The translations under genes and the position numbers were made by a program. 64,000 bases of DNA from an uncultured Stenotrophomonas sp. GTDB taxonomy: Bacteria; Pseudomonadota; Gammaproteobacteria; Xanthomonadales; Xanthomonadaceae. Below the pieces are notes generated by a model. That model was not told the origin of the DNA, did no database searches, and saw nothing but the letters and a program-made list of their open reading frames with translations. The stretch's first letter is position 1; each line of letters opens with the position of its first letter. The DNA lies in NCBI RefSeq assembly GCF_913775725.1, contig NZ_CAJYNG010000014.1; one strand, given 5' to 3'. This document shows positions 1 to 8,122 of this stretch, piece by piece.

Positions 1-1
1 G

Positions 2-94
2 GCCCCGGCGCCGGACGTGAAGCCCGCCCTGCCCGCCGCAGCCGCCGCCATCCTCGCCCGGGCCAAGGCCCGCGCCAGCGGCAAGGAGCAGTAA
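2..94 (+). CDS. 3' end of an unidentified upstream CDS (truncated by window edge)
   Basis: Frame 2 is open from the window edge (...APDVKPALPAAAAAILARAKARASGKEQ) to TAA at 92-94. The stop overlaps the nth ATG (TAATG), which suggests translational coupling. The fragment is too short to assign a family. Confidence 0.35.
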   Translation, partial: APAPDVKPALPAAAAAILARAKARASGKEQ

Positions 95-786
95 TGGCCA
101 CCGCGAAGAAGACCGCACGCGCTCCGGTGCGGCGTGGCGGCACGATGCCGCGCGCCGACGTGGTGGAAATGTTCACCCGCCTGCGTGAACTCAATCCGCA
201 CCCCAAGACCGAACTGGAGTACAGCTCGCCGTTCGAGCTGCTGGTGGCGGTCGCGCTGTCGGCGCAGGCCACCGACGTCGGCGTCAACAAGGCCACGCGC
301 CGTTTGTTCCCGGTCGCCAACACGCCGGCGAAGATCCTTGCGCTTGGCGAGGACGGGCTGAAGCAGTACATCGCCACCATCGGCCTGTTCAACGCCAAGG
401 CGAAGAACGTGATCGCCACCTGCGCGATCCTGCTGGAGAAGCATGGCGGTGAAGTGCCGCGTGATCGCGATGAACTGGAAGCGTTGCCGGGCGTAGGCCG
501 CAAGACCGCCAACGTGGTGCTCAACACTGCATTTGGTGAGCCGGTGATGGCGGTGGACACGCACATCTTCCGCGTATCCAACCGCACCGGTCTGGCACTG
601 GGCAAGAACGTGCGCGAAGTGGAAGACAAGCTGGTGAAGGTGATTCCGGCCGAGTTCCTGCTCGACGCGCATCACTGGCTGATCCTGCACGGGCGTTATG
701 TGTGCAAGGCGCGCAAGCCGGATTGCCCGGGCTGCGTGATCGCCGACCTGTGCCGGTTCAAGGAAAAGACCACGGCCGAGGCGTGA
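94..786 (+). CDS. nth: endonuclease III (DNA glycosylase/AP lyase)
   Basis: 230-aa ORF, colinear by hand alignment with E. coli Nth. It has FELLVAVALSAQATDV, the HhH motif LPGVGRKTANVVL, AVDTHIFRV, and the C-terminal 4Fe-4S cluster CKARKPDCPGCVIADLC. Confidence 0.95.
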   Translation: MATAKKTARAPVRRGGTMPRADVVEMFTRLRELNPHPKTELEYSSPFELLVAVALSAQATDVGVNKATRRLFPVANTPAKILALGEDGLKQYIATIGLFNAKAKNVIATCAILLEKHGGEVPRDRDELEALPGVGRKTANVVLNTAFGEPVMAVDTHIFRVSNRTGLALGKNVREVEDKLVKVIPAEFLLDAHHWLILHGRYVCKARKPDCPGCVIADLCRFKEKTTAEA

Positions 787-810
787 CCGCGCTCATGGTG
801 TGACAAAACA

Positions 811-846
811 AAGACGGCGGGCACAAGGCCCGCCGTCTTTGCTTGT
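811..846. terminator. bidirectional intrinsic terminator between convergent nth and porin genes
   Basis: Stem gacggcggg (813-821) pairs with cccgccgtc (829-837). It is flanked by an A-run upstream and T-rich sequence downstream, so it is usable on both strands. Confidence 0.7.
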
Positions 847-867
847 AGACAAGGGTGCTTCAGGAAA

Positions 868-2100
868 TCAGAACGACAGGTCGCCCCAGACGCCGAATTC
901 CTTGGTCTTGTCGTTCTTCTTGTCGCCGGCGTTGGCCAGGTGCGTGTACTTGTACACGGTCGACAGCTTGAGGTTCTTCATGACCGGGAACTCGACGCCG
1001 ACGTTCCAGTACTTGTCGCTCAGGGTCGGGTCCAGGGTCTTGCTGACGTCGGTGTCATCGTAACGACCGAACACGTTGATGCCGCCGTCGGTGACGCGCA
1101 CGCTGCCCCACACCGACCAGCCGCTGGTCTTGTCGGTGGCAACGGTCATCACGTTGTTGAGGTTCTTGGCCTGGAAGTACTCGCCACCGACGCGGAAGTT
1201 GCTGTCGGCGTAGGCCACCATCGCGTTGGCGCGGGTGTAGGTGTTCTCGGCGCTCTGGATGTCGGTTTCCTTGCCCAGCTTGCCGCTGTAGCCGCCGACG
1301 GCCACCACGAAGTTTTCGTTCGGGGTGTAGGCCACGCGGCCTTCCACGTCCATGCCCTTGCTGCGGGTCGGGTTCTTGTAGCCGGCGCCGGACACGACCG
1401 ACACGGCGTAGTTGAAGTTGTTGCCCAGGTTGCCGAAGCCATGCAGGCCCCAGTCGGACGAGTTGCCGTACTTCAGGCGGTCGGTCAGGGTGTTCTCGAC
1501 ATAGCGCATGCCGTAGAACTTCTCGACGTACGGGATCCACGGCATGTCGGCGGCACCGACGCGCATGTTGAAGGCCGGGTCGAAGCTGCCCTGCACGTAG
1601 GCCTTCTTGACGAACAGTTCGGTGTTGCCGATGGCCGAGCTGTACTGGAAGTCGGTGGTCAGGTTCGCCGACCAGATGTCGTTGAACTTGTGGTCGACGG
1701 TCAGGTAGAAGCGCTTGACGTCCAGACCGGTGCCGCTGGCGGCGGTGTCCTTGCCGTTGCTGGTCTTGTCGATGTTGGTCAGGTCGAAGAACATGCGACC
1801 GCCAATCTTGTTGTCATTGACCAGCTTGGCCAGCTTGTCGACGCTGGTCTGGGTCTTCTGCGCACCTTCCAGGGCCTGCGCCTGGGTGATGTTCACTTCG
1901 GACTGCGCGTCGGACTGCGCCTGCAGCGCCTGCGAATCGTTCTGCAACTGCTGGACCTGGGCCTGCAGCGCAGCGATCTGTGCCTGCAGCTGCTGCAGCT
2001 GTGCCTGGGATACGCCCGAGCTGGCGGGGGCTGCGAAGGCGTCGGCAGAAACCAGACCGAGGCTTGCAACGACCGCGGCGGCGAGCAAATGGGAACGCAT
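868..2100 (-). CDS. outer-membrane beta-barrel porin with N-terminal Gln/Ala coiled coil; likely Pho-regulated (OprO/OprP-type position next to pst)
   Basis: The ORF is 868..2145. I prefer the start at M16 (ATG 2100) because it has a GGAGAA RBS and the signal peptide MRSHLLAAAVVASLGLVSADAFA. The body has alternating beta-strand character and a C-terminal ...GVWGDLSF. A Pho box lies about 90 nt upstream and a pst operon is adjacent. The family assignment is an inference. Confidence 0.75.
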   Translation of the reverse strand: MRSHLLAAAVVASLGLVSADAFAAPASSGVSQAQLQQLQAQIAALQAQVQQLQNDSQALQAQSDAQSEVNITQAQALEGAQKTQTSVDKLAKLVNDNKIGGRMFFDLTNIDKTSNGKDTAASGTGLDVKRFYLTVDHKFNDIWSANLTTDFQYSSAIGNTELFVKKAYVQGSFDPAFNMRVGAADMPWIPYVEKFYGMRYVENTLTDRLKYGNSSDWGLHGFGNLGNNFNYAVSVVSGAGYKNPTRSKGMDVEGRVAYTPNENFVVAVGGYSGKLGKETDIQSAENTYTRANAMVAYADSNFRVGGEYFQAKNLNNVMTVATDKTSGWSVWGSVRVTDGGINVFGRYDDTDVSKTLDPTLSDKYWNVGVEFPVMKNLKLSTVYKYTHLANAGDKKNDKTKEFGVWGDLSF

Positions 2101-2188
2101 TTTGGATTTCTCCAGAGGGTTGGAATGGCTTGGGCAGAACGCCACGCCGGCAGGCCGGTCAAGCGTTTTGCGAACGTTCCGTTAAAAC

Positions 2189-2208
2189 CATGACAGCCGA
2201 ATGACAGA
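2189..2208 (-). promoter_or_regulatory. Pho box (PhoB binding site) upstream of the porin gene
   Basis: The minus strand reads CTGTCAT-TCGG-CTGTCAT-GG. These are two perfect 7-bp direct repeats with 11-bp phasing, matching the E. coli-type Pho box CTGTCAT-N4-CTGTCAT. Confidence 0.75.
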
Positions 2209-2547
2209 TTGAGCACCAACCACAGATTTCTTCGTGCGGTCATGCGTACGACTCATTTGTGCCCACATGCTTGTCGATCCCTTGCGGCATATGGCGTCAC
2301 GTATCAGCGTCCCGGCCCGGGCCGACCGCCGCGCAGCCCTGACCTGCATCGATGGTTTCGTGTGGATGACGCAGCATCACTGCGGAATGCCGGGCCGGGA
2401 CGGCATTGGCGACCACAGCGGACAGGTCATCAGCGACATATGGAACGTGATCGCAACCGGCGTACGTCCGTCTCCGGCGCATTGGTCATCACGTTGCCCG
2501 CAGGACTCAGAACCTTCACCCCCCTGCTGTACGGGCACCGGGCAGCG

Positions 2548-2598
2548 CTGTAACGGCTGCGTCATACAACGGTCCCTGCGTTGTCATCGAACCGTTAT
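2548..2598 (+). promoter_or_regulatory. array of Pho-box-like heptamers upstream of pstS (paralogue 1)
   Basis: Heptamers CTGTAAC (2548), GCGTCAT (2559), CGGTCCC (2570), TTGTCAT (2581) and CCGTTAT (2592) are spaced exactly 11 bp apart. The array ends about 55 nt before the GTG start. Confidence 0.6.
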
Positions 2599-2652
2599 GG
2601 AATGTGCGCCGGGCGGGTAACCCCGCATCCCAATCAACCCAGGAGCCACCCC

Positions 2653-3669
2653 GTGATCCACGCCTTCAAGTCGCGCGTTGCCGTTGCCGTCTTCGCAGCG
2701 TCGTCCGTGTTCGCCGCCAACGCCGCTGAAATCACCGGCGCGGGCGCCTCGTTCATCTACCCGGTGATGTCGAAGTGGTCGGCCGACTACAACGCCGCCA
2801 CCAGCAACAAGGTCAACTACCAGTCGATCGGTTCCGGCGGCGGCATTGCGCAGATCAAGGCCAAGACCGTTGATTTCGGCTCCTCCGACGCCCCGCTGAA
2901 GCCGGAAGAACTGGCGGCTTCGGGCCTGGCGCAGTTCCCCTCGGTGATCGGCGGCGTGGTGCCGGTGGTCAACGTGGCCGGCATCGCTCCGGGCGCGCTG
3001 AAGCTGGACGGCACCGTGCTGGCCAACATCTTCCTGGGCAAGATCAAGACCTGGAACGACCCGGCCATCGCCGCGCTGAACCCGGGCGTGACCCTGCCGA
3101 GCGCCAAGATCACCGTCGTGCACCGCTCGGATGGTTCGGGCACCACCTTCAACTTCGTCAACTACCTGTCCAAGGTCAGCCCGGAGTGGAAGAGCTCGGT
3201 CGGTGAAGGCACCTCGGTCCAGTGGCCGGCCGGCATCGGTGGCAAGGGCAATGAAGGCGTTGCCGCCTACGTGAAGCAGATCAAGGGCGGCATCGGCTAC
3301 GTCGAACTGTCCTACGCGCTGCAGAACAAGCTGTCGTACACCGCGATGAAGAATGCCGCCGGCCGCTTCGTGCAGCCGAGCGACGCGTCGTTCGCCGCCG
3401 CCGCTGCCAGCGCCGACTGGGCCAGCGCCAAGGACTTCTACCTGGTGATGACCAACGCCCCGGGCGCCGAGTCCTGGCCGATCACCGCCACCAACTTCAT
3501 CCTGGTGCACAAGAAGCCGAAGAACGCTGCCAACGGCAAGGCCACCCAGGAGTTCTTCCGCTGGGTCTACAAGAGCGGCGACGCCCAGGCCCGCCAGCTG
3601 GACTACGTGCCGCTGCCGGACAGCCTGGTCCGCCAGATCGAGACCTACTGGTCGCAGAACCTGAAGTAA
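2653..3669 (+). CDS. pstS: phosphate ABC transporter substrate-binding protein, soluble periplasmic paralogue (PstS/PhoX-type)
   Basis: The ORF track starts at 2581. I prefer GTG 2653, preceded by AGGAG at 2641-2645, which gives the signal peptide VIHAFKSRVAVAVFAASSVFAANA. PstS motifs are present: GAGASFIYP, YQSIGSGGGI, DFGSSDAP, HRSDGSGTTFNF. Confidence 0.9.
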   Translation: MIHAFKSRVAVAVFAASSVFAANAAEITGAGASFIYPVMSKWSADYNAATSNKVNYQSIGSGGGIAQIKAKTVDFGSSDAPLKPEELAASGLAQFPSVIGGVVPVVNVAGIAPGALKLDGTVLANIFLGKIKTWNDPAIAALNPGVTLPSAKITVVHRSDGSGTTFNFVNYLSKVSPEWKSSVGEGTSVQWPAGIGGKGNEGVAAYVKQIKGGIGYVELSYALQNKLSYTAMKNAAGRFVQPSDASFAAAAASADWASAKDFYLVMTNAPGAESWPITATNFILVHKKPKNAANGKATQEFFRWVYKSGDAQARQLDYVPLPDSLVRQIETYWSQNLK

Positions 3670-3734
3670 GCAAGCGCGTTCCCCCGCAGGAACGGGATCG
3701 GCGGATCCTCTCTCCCCCGCCGATCCCACCCCGG

Positions 3735-3772
3735 GCGCGAGATCCTCGAGATCTCGCGCTCTTCTTGTTTTT
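3735..3772 (+). terminator. intrinsic terminator after pstS paralogue 1
   Basis: Stem gcgcgagatc (3735-3744) pairs with gatctcgcgc (3750-3759) and is followed by tcttcttgttttt. Confidence 0.75.
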
Positions 3773-3817
3773 CGGGGTTGGTCGTGAAATGCGCTGCGCG
3801 TCCGACCTACCGAGAGC

Positions 3818-3920
3818 AGGCGACGCAGGGCCCAGCCCGGGACACGCCGTAAACCCGTCCATGGGGCTCGATCGCGCCATCCATGGCGCGAACGGTCCCG
3901 TGCTGGGCCCTGCGTCGCCT
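3818..3920. repeat. long-hairpin repeat element, copy 1 (conserved core ACGCCGTAAACCC..CATCCATGG, variable outer stem)
   Basis: A perfect 19-bp outer inverted repeat, aggcgacgcagggcccagc (3818-3836) with gctgggccctgcgtcgcct (3902-3920). It extends by cgggac/gtcccg. There is an inner palindrome cgcgccat-cc-atggcgcg (3873-3890). The second copy is at 22781-22880. Confidence 0.7.
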
Positions 3921-3969
3921 CTGGACAGTTCATCGGGGGCGCGGTGGGGGCATGAAAGGCAGGAGCGTT

Positions 3970-3998
3970 TGTAGAGCCGAGCCCATGCTCGGCTGTAC
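3970..3998 (+). repeat. SMAG-type GTAG palindromic repeat (single unit)
   Basis: Sequence tGTAGagccgagc-ccat-gctcggctgtac. The GTAG plus AGCCGAGC/GCTCGGCT stem recurs at least 12 times in this window. Confidence 0.85.
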
Positions 3999-4103
3999 CT
4001 TGCGCCTGCCGTCATACCGGTGCGCAGATCGGGGGGTTCCGGGCACCTGCCGAATCGGTGCCAACCACGTGAAACCCTTGTCAGAACGTGATCCAGGACA
4101 CCT

Positions 4104-4130
4104 CTGTCATGGTCGTAATACGGCTGTAAC
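4104..4130 (+). promoter_or_regulatory. Pho-box-like sequence upstream of pstS (paralogue 2) operon
   Basis: CTGTCAT (4104-4110) and CTGTAAC (4124-4130). The spacing is 20 bp rather than 22, so it is less canonical than the other two sites. Confidence 0.4.
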
Positions 4131-4193
4131 AAAAACATCATTTCATAGCCGCATCCGCCGACGCCGTCGGCTCTACCCCGCTATGGAGTGACC

Positions 4194-5282
4194 ATGAAAC
4201 TGCACTCGGCCGGCCTTGCCGCCCTTTCCCTGGCCATCGCCCTGGGCCTGTCGGCCTGCGGTGGCGACAAGCAGGCAGCGCAGCAGCCGGCTGCCGACGG
4301 TGCCGCCGCCCCGGCCGCTGCCGGTGCCAAGGTGACCGCCGAAGTGTCCGGTGCCGGCGCTTCCTTCATCTTCCCGCTGGTCTCCAAGTGGTCGGCTGAC
4401 TACAACGCCAGTACCGGCGCCAAGATCAACTACCAGTCGATCGGCTCGGGCGGCGGTATCGCCCAGATCAAGGCCGGCACCGTCGACTTCGGTTCCTCCG
4501 ACAAGCCGCTGAGCAGCGAGGAGCTGGCCCAGGCCGGCCTGGCGCAGTTCCCGTCCGCCATCGGCGGCGTGGTGCCGGTGGTCAACATCGAAGGCCTGGA
4601 AGCCGGCAAGCTGCGCCTGAGCGGCGCCCTGCTGGCCGACATCTTCCTGGGCAAGGTCAAGACCTGGAACGACCCGGCCATCGTCGCCGCCAACCCGGGC
4701 GTGAAGCTGCCGGAAGGCAAGATCACCCTGGTCCACCGTTCGGACGGTTCGGGCACCACCTTCAACTTCTCCAACTACCTGTCCAAGGTCAGCCCGGAGT
4801 GGAAGAGCAAGGTCGGCGAAGGCACGTCGGTGCAGTGGCCGGACGGCGTTGGTGGCAAGGGCAACGAAGGCGTTGCTTCCTACGTGAAGCAGATCAAGGG
4901 CTCCATCGGCTACGTCGAACTGGCCTACGCGCTGCAGAACGGCATGCCGTACACCGCCATGCAGAACGCGGCCGGCAACTGGGTCGAGCCGAGCGCGGAA
5001 ACCTTCGCCGCTGCAGCCGCCAGCGCCGACTGGGCCAGCGCCAAGGACTTCAACCTGGTCATCACCAACGCTCCGGGCGAGCAGGCGTGGCCGATCACCG
5101 CCACCAACTTCATGCTGATGCAGAAGCAGCCGAAGGACGCCAAGCGCAACCAGGACACCCTGGCCTTCTTCAAGTGGGCCTTCGAGAACGGCCAGACCCA
5201 GGCCAACGAGCTGCACTACGTGCCGCTGCCGGCCGAACTGGTCAAGCAGATCGAGGCCTACTGGGCGACCGACCTGAAGTGA
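4194..5282 (+). CDS. pstS: phosphate ABC transporter substrate-binding lipoprotein (PstS paralogue 2)
   Basis: The ORF track starts at GTG 4188. ATG 4194 has GGAG 5 nt upstream and gives MKLHSAGLAALSLAIALGLSAC with a lipobox (LSAC). It carries the same PstS motifs as paralogue 1 (GAGASFIFP, YQSIGSGGGI, HRSDGSGTTFNF). Confidence 0.9.
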   Translation: MKLHSAGLAALSLAIALGLSACGGDKQAAQQPAADGAAAPAAAGAKVTAEVSGAGASFIFPLVSKWSADYNASTGAKINYQSIGSGGGIAQIKAGTVDFGSSDKPLSSEELAQAGLAQFPSAIGGVVPVVNIEGLEAGKLRLSGALLADIFLGKVKTWNDPAIVAANPGVKLPEGKITLVHRSDGSGTTFNFSNYLSKVSPEWKSKVGEGTSVQWPDGVGGKGNEGVASYVKQIKGSIGYVELAYALQNGMPYTAMQNAAGNWVEPSAETFAAAAASADWASAKDFNLVITNAPGEQAWPITATNFMLMQKQPKDAKRNQDTLAFFKWAFENGQTQANELHYVPLPAELVKQIEAYWATDLK

Positions 5283-5292
5283 TGGACACGAC

Positions 5293-5315
5293 GGTGCCCG
5301 CCCCGCGCGGGCACC
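5293..5315 (+). other. intercistronic GC-rich stem-loop between pstS and pstC
   Basis: Stem ggtgcccgc (5293-5301) pairs with gcgggcacc (5307-5315). There is no U-tract, so it is probably an mRNA-stabilising or decoupling hairpin and not a full terminator. Confidence 0.5.
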
Positions 5316-5364
5316 GCCTCTTCCACGCCGTGCCGCCCCGCCCCTTCCTGGCCCTGCCGTCCCC

Positions 5365-6333
5365 ATGAATGCCATCGCCCAGCCTGTAGCAGCCCCGTCC
5401 ACGCGTGATACGCGTGATGCCCGCAACGACAAACTGTTCCGATGGGTGCTGGTCGGCACCGTCATCTTCGTCCTGATCGCCCTGGCCTGCGCCGCACTGT
5501 CGATGCTGTGGGGCGGCCGTCATGCCCTGCAGATGCAGGGCCTGAGCTTCTTCTTCTCCGCCGACTGGAATCCGGTCGAAAACAAGTTCGGCGCCCTCGC
5601 CCCGATCTACGGCACCCTGGTCACCGCGCTCATCGCGATGGTCATCGCCGTGCCGGTCAGCTTCGGTATCGCCTTCTTCCTCACCGAAGTCGCGCCGCGC
5701 TGGCTGCGTGGTCCGGTCGGCACCGCCATCGAACTGCTGGCCGGCATTCCCTCGATCATCTACGGCATGTGGGGCCTGTTCGTGCTGGTGCCGGTGATGA
5801 CCGAGTACGTCACCCCGTTCCTCAACGAAACCCTGGGCGAGATGCCGATCATCGGCCCGCTGTTCCAGGGCCCGCCGCTGGGCATCGGCATGCTCACCGC
5901 CGGTTTCGTGCTGGCCATCATGGTCATTCCGTTCATCTCCTCGGTGATGCGCGAAGTGTTCCTGACCGTGCCGACCCGACTGAAGGAATCGGCCTACGCG
6001 CTGGGCTCCACCAAGTGGGAAGTGAGCTGGGACATCGTGCTGCCCTACACCCGCTCGGCGGTGATCGGCGGCATCTTCCTCGGCCTCGGCCGCGCCCTGG
6101 GCGAGACGATGGCGGTGGCCTTCGTGATCGGCAACAGCGTGCGCCTGTCGCCGTCGCTGCTGGAACCGGGCACCACCATCGCTGCGCTGATCGCCAACGA
6201 TTTCGGCGAAGCCACTGAAACCTACCGCTCGGCCCTGCTGCTACTCGGCTTCGTCCTCTTCATCGTCACCTTCGTGGTGCTGGCCATTGCCCGCCTGATG
6301 CTGATGCGCCTGTCCCGCAAGGAGGGCAACTGA
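5365..6333 (+). CDS. pstC: phosphate ABC transporter permease PstC
   Basis: 322-aa polytopic membrane protein in the pst position. It has the EAA-type loop ...ESAYALGSTKWE... and its stop overlaps the pstA start (ATGA). Confidence 0.92.
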   Translation: MNAIAQPVAAPSTRDTRDARNDKLFRWVLVGTVIFVLIALACAALSMLWGGRHALQMQGLSFFFSADWNPVENKFGALAPIYGTLVTALIAMVIAVPVSFGIAFFLTEVAPRWLRGPVGTAIELLAGIPSIIYGMWGLFVLVPVMTEYVTPFLNETLGEMPIIGPLFQGPPLGIGMLTAGFVLAIMVIPFISSVMREVFLTVPTRLKESAYALGSTKWEVSWDIVLPYTRSAVIGGIFLGLGRALGETMAVAFVIGNSVRLSPSLLEPGTTIAALIANDFGEATETYRSALLLLGFVLFIVTFVVLAIARLMLMRLSRKEGN

Positions 6334-7196
6334 TGTCCAGCACCGCTGATTCGCTGTACCTGCGCCGCCGCATCGGCAATGTCATCGCCATCGCCGCGTC
6401 GTGCGCCACCGCCCTGTTCGGCCTGTTCTTCCTGGGCTGGATCCTGTTCACCCTGGCCTCCAAGGGCCTGGCCGGCATCAACTGGGATCTGTTCACCAAG
6501 ATGACGCCGCCGCCGATGCAGGAAGGCGGCCTCGCCAACGCCTTCTTCGGCAGTGCCGTGATGTGCGCGCTGGCGATCGGCATCGGCACGCCGCTGGGGG
6601 TGCTGGCCGGTACCTGGCTGGCCGAGTACGGCAACGCCCGCAAGGCCGGCACCGTGGTCCGCTTCGTCAACGACATCCTGCTGTCGGCCCCGTCCATCGT
6701 GCTCGGCCTGTTCGTCTACACCCTGTACGTGATGCAGACCGGCGGCAACTTCTCGGCCTTCGCCGGTGCCCTGTCGCTGGCCTTCATCGTGCTGCCGGTG
6801 GTGGTGCGTACCACCGACGAGATGCTGCGCCTGGTGCCCTCGCAGATGCGCGAAGCGGCCCTGTCGCTGGGTATCCCGCAGTGGAAGGTGATCGTGCAGG
6901 TGCTGTACCGCAGTGCCTCGGCCGGCATCATCACCGGCATCCTGCTGGCGCTGGCCCGCATCTCCGGCGAGACCGCGCCGCTGCTGTTCACTGCTTTCGG
7001 CAACCAGTACTGGAACAACAACATCTTCCAGCCGATGGCCTCGGTGCCGGTGGTGATGAACCAGTTCGCCGGCAGCCCGTATGAATCCTGGCAGGTGCTG
7101 GCCTGGGCCGGTGCCCTGGTGCTGACTGTCTTCGTGTTGCTGGTCAGCCTTGCCGCCCGCGGCATCCTGCTGCGCAACCGTATCTCCCATGACTGA
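6333..7196 (+). CDS. pstA: phosphate ABC transporter permease PstA
   Basis: 287-aa membrane protein with the motif [14 protein letters not shown]. It is translationally coupled on both sides. Confidence 0.92.
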   Translation: MSSTADSLYLRRRIGNVIAIAASCATALFGLFFLGWILFTLASKGLAGINWDLFTKMTPPPMQEGGLANAFFGSAVMCALAIGIGTPLGVLAGTWLAEYGNARKAGTVVRFVNDILLSAPSIVLGLFVYTLYVMQTGGNFSAFAGALSLAFIVLPVVVRTTDEMLRLVPSQMREAALSLGIPQWKVIVQVLYRSASAGIITGILLALARISGETAPLLFTAFGNQYWNNNIFQPMASVPVVMNQFAGSPYESWQVLAWAGALVLTVFVLLVSLAARGILLRNRISHD

Positions 7197-8046
7197 CCTT
7201 TCCGTGGATAACGCCATGAATGACCTTTCCAACGCCGTGCCGATGCAGCGCATCGCCGTGCCGTCCTCGCACGAGAGCCTGCACACGCCGTCGCCGGTGA
7301 AGCTGGCTGCACGTGGACTGGACTTCTACTACGACAAGTTCCACGCCCTGAAGGGCATCAACCTGGAGATTCCGGAAAAGCGCGTGACCGCGCTGATCGG
7401 TCCCTCCGGTTGCGGCAAGTCCACGCTGCTGCGCATCTTCAACCGCATCTACGCGCTGTACCCGAAGCTGGAAGCGCGCGGTGAAGTGCTGCTGGACGGC
7501 GAGAACATCCTGTCGCCGAAATACCCGATGAACCGCCTGCGCAGCAAGGTTGGCATGGTGTTCCAGAAGCCGGTGCCGTTCCCGATGACCATCTTCGAGA
7601 ACGTGGCCTACGGCATCCGCCACCACGAGAAGCTGAGCAAGGCCGACATGGCCGACCGCGTCGAGCAGGCGCTGCGCCAGGGCGCGCTGTGGGACGAAGT
7701 GAAGGACAAGCTGGGGCAGAGCGCACTGGGCCTGTCCGGTGGCCAGCAGCAGCGTCTGTGCATCGCCCGTGCCGTGGCCCTGCGCCCGTCGGTGCTGCTG
7801 CTGGACGAGCCGACCTCGGCGCTGGATCCGATCTCGACCAGCCGCATCGAGCAGCTGGTGGAAGAACTCAAGCACGAGTACACGATCGTGATCGTCACCC
7901 ACAACATGCAGCAGGCCGCGCGCGTGTCCGACTACACCGCCTTCATGTACCTGGGCGACCTGATCGAGCACGACCGCACCGAAGTGATCTTCTCGCAGCC
8001 GTCGCAGCGGCAGACCGAGGACTACATCACCGGTCGCTTCGGCTGA
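7189..8046 (+). CDS. pstB: phosphate ABC transporter ATP-binding protein PstB
   Basis: The ORF track starts at 7150. I prefer ATG 7189, which overlaps the pstA stop. It has Walker [10 protein letters not shown], the signature [14 protein letters not shown], Walker [12 protein letters not shown], and a typical PstB C-terminus ...[10 protein letters not shown]. Confidence 0.93.
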   Translation: MTDLSVDNAMNDLSNAVPMQRIAVPSSHESLHTPSPVKLAARGLDFYYDKFHALKGINLEIPEKRVTALIGPSGCGKSTLLRIFNRIYALYPKLEARGEVLLDGENILSPKYPMNRLRSKVGMVFQKPVPFPMTIFENVAYGIRHHEKLSKADMADRVEQALRQGALWDEVKDKLGQSALGLSGGQQQRLCIARAVALRPSVLLLDEPTSALDPISTSRIEQLVEELKHEYTIVIVTHNMQQAARVSDYTAFMYLGDLIEHDRTEVIFSQPSQRQTEDYITGRFG

Positions 8047-8052
8047 AACGGC

Positions 8053-8110
8053 AGTCGAGCGTGGCTCGGCTCTACAGACAACGCCAGTCGAGCATGGCTC
8101 GACTCTACAG
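8053..8110 (-). repeat. two tandem SMAG-type repeats (CTAC-ended orientation) in the pstB-phoU intercistronic gap
   Basis: Units agtcgagcgtggctcggctCTAC (8053-8075) and agtcgagcatggctcgactCTAC (8086-8108). Confidence 0.85.
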
Positions 8111-8122
8111 AGTGGAACAACC

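Noticed and set aside
2209-2620. ORFs of 114 and 128 aa in the porin-pstS intergenic region.
   Set aside because: They are Cys/Arg/His-rich, have no RBS and overlap the Pho-box array. The region is better explained as regulatory DNA, although about 340 nt remain unassigned.
3765-3974. 69-aa ORF inside the long-hairpin repeat (also 22714..22920 in copy 2).
   Set aside because: Both are translations of a repeated palindromic element. The two copies are not conserved at the protein level in a consistent frame.
4159-4176. A possible degenerate SMAG (gccgacgccgtcggctCTAC) in the pstS-2 5' UTR.
   Set aside because: The stem is short and its sequence differs from both main stem types. It is too weak to list as a repeat copy.
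2584-5465. Two long minus-strand ORFs (2584..3933 and 4173..5465).
   Set aside because: They are antisense to the two pstS paralogues. They mirror each other only because the sense genes are paralogous.
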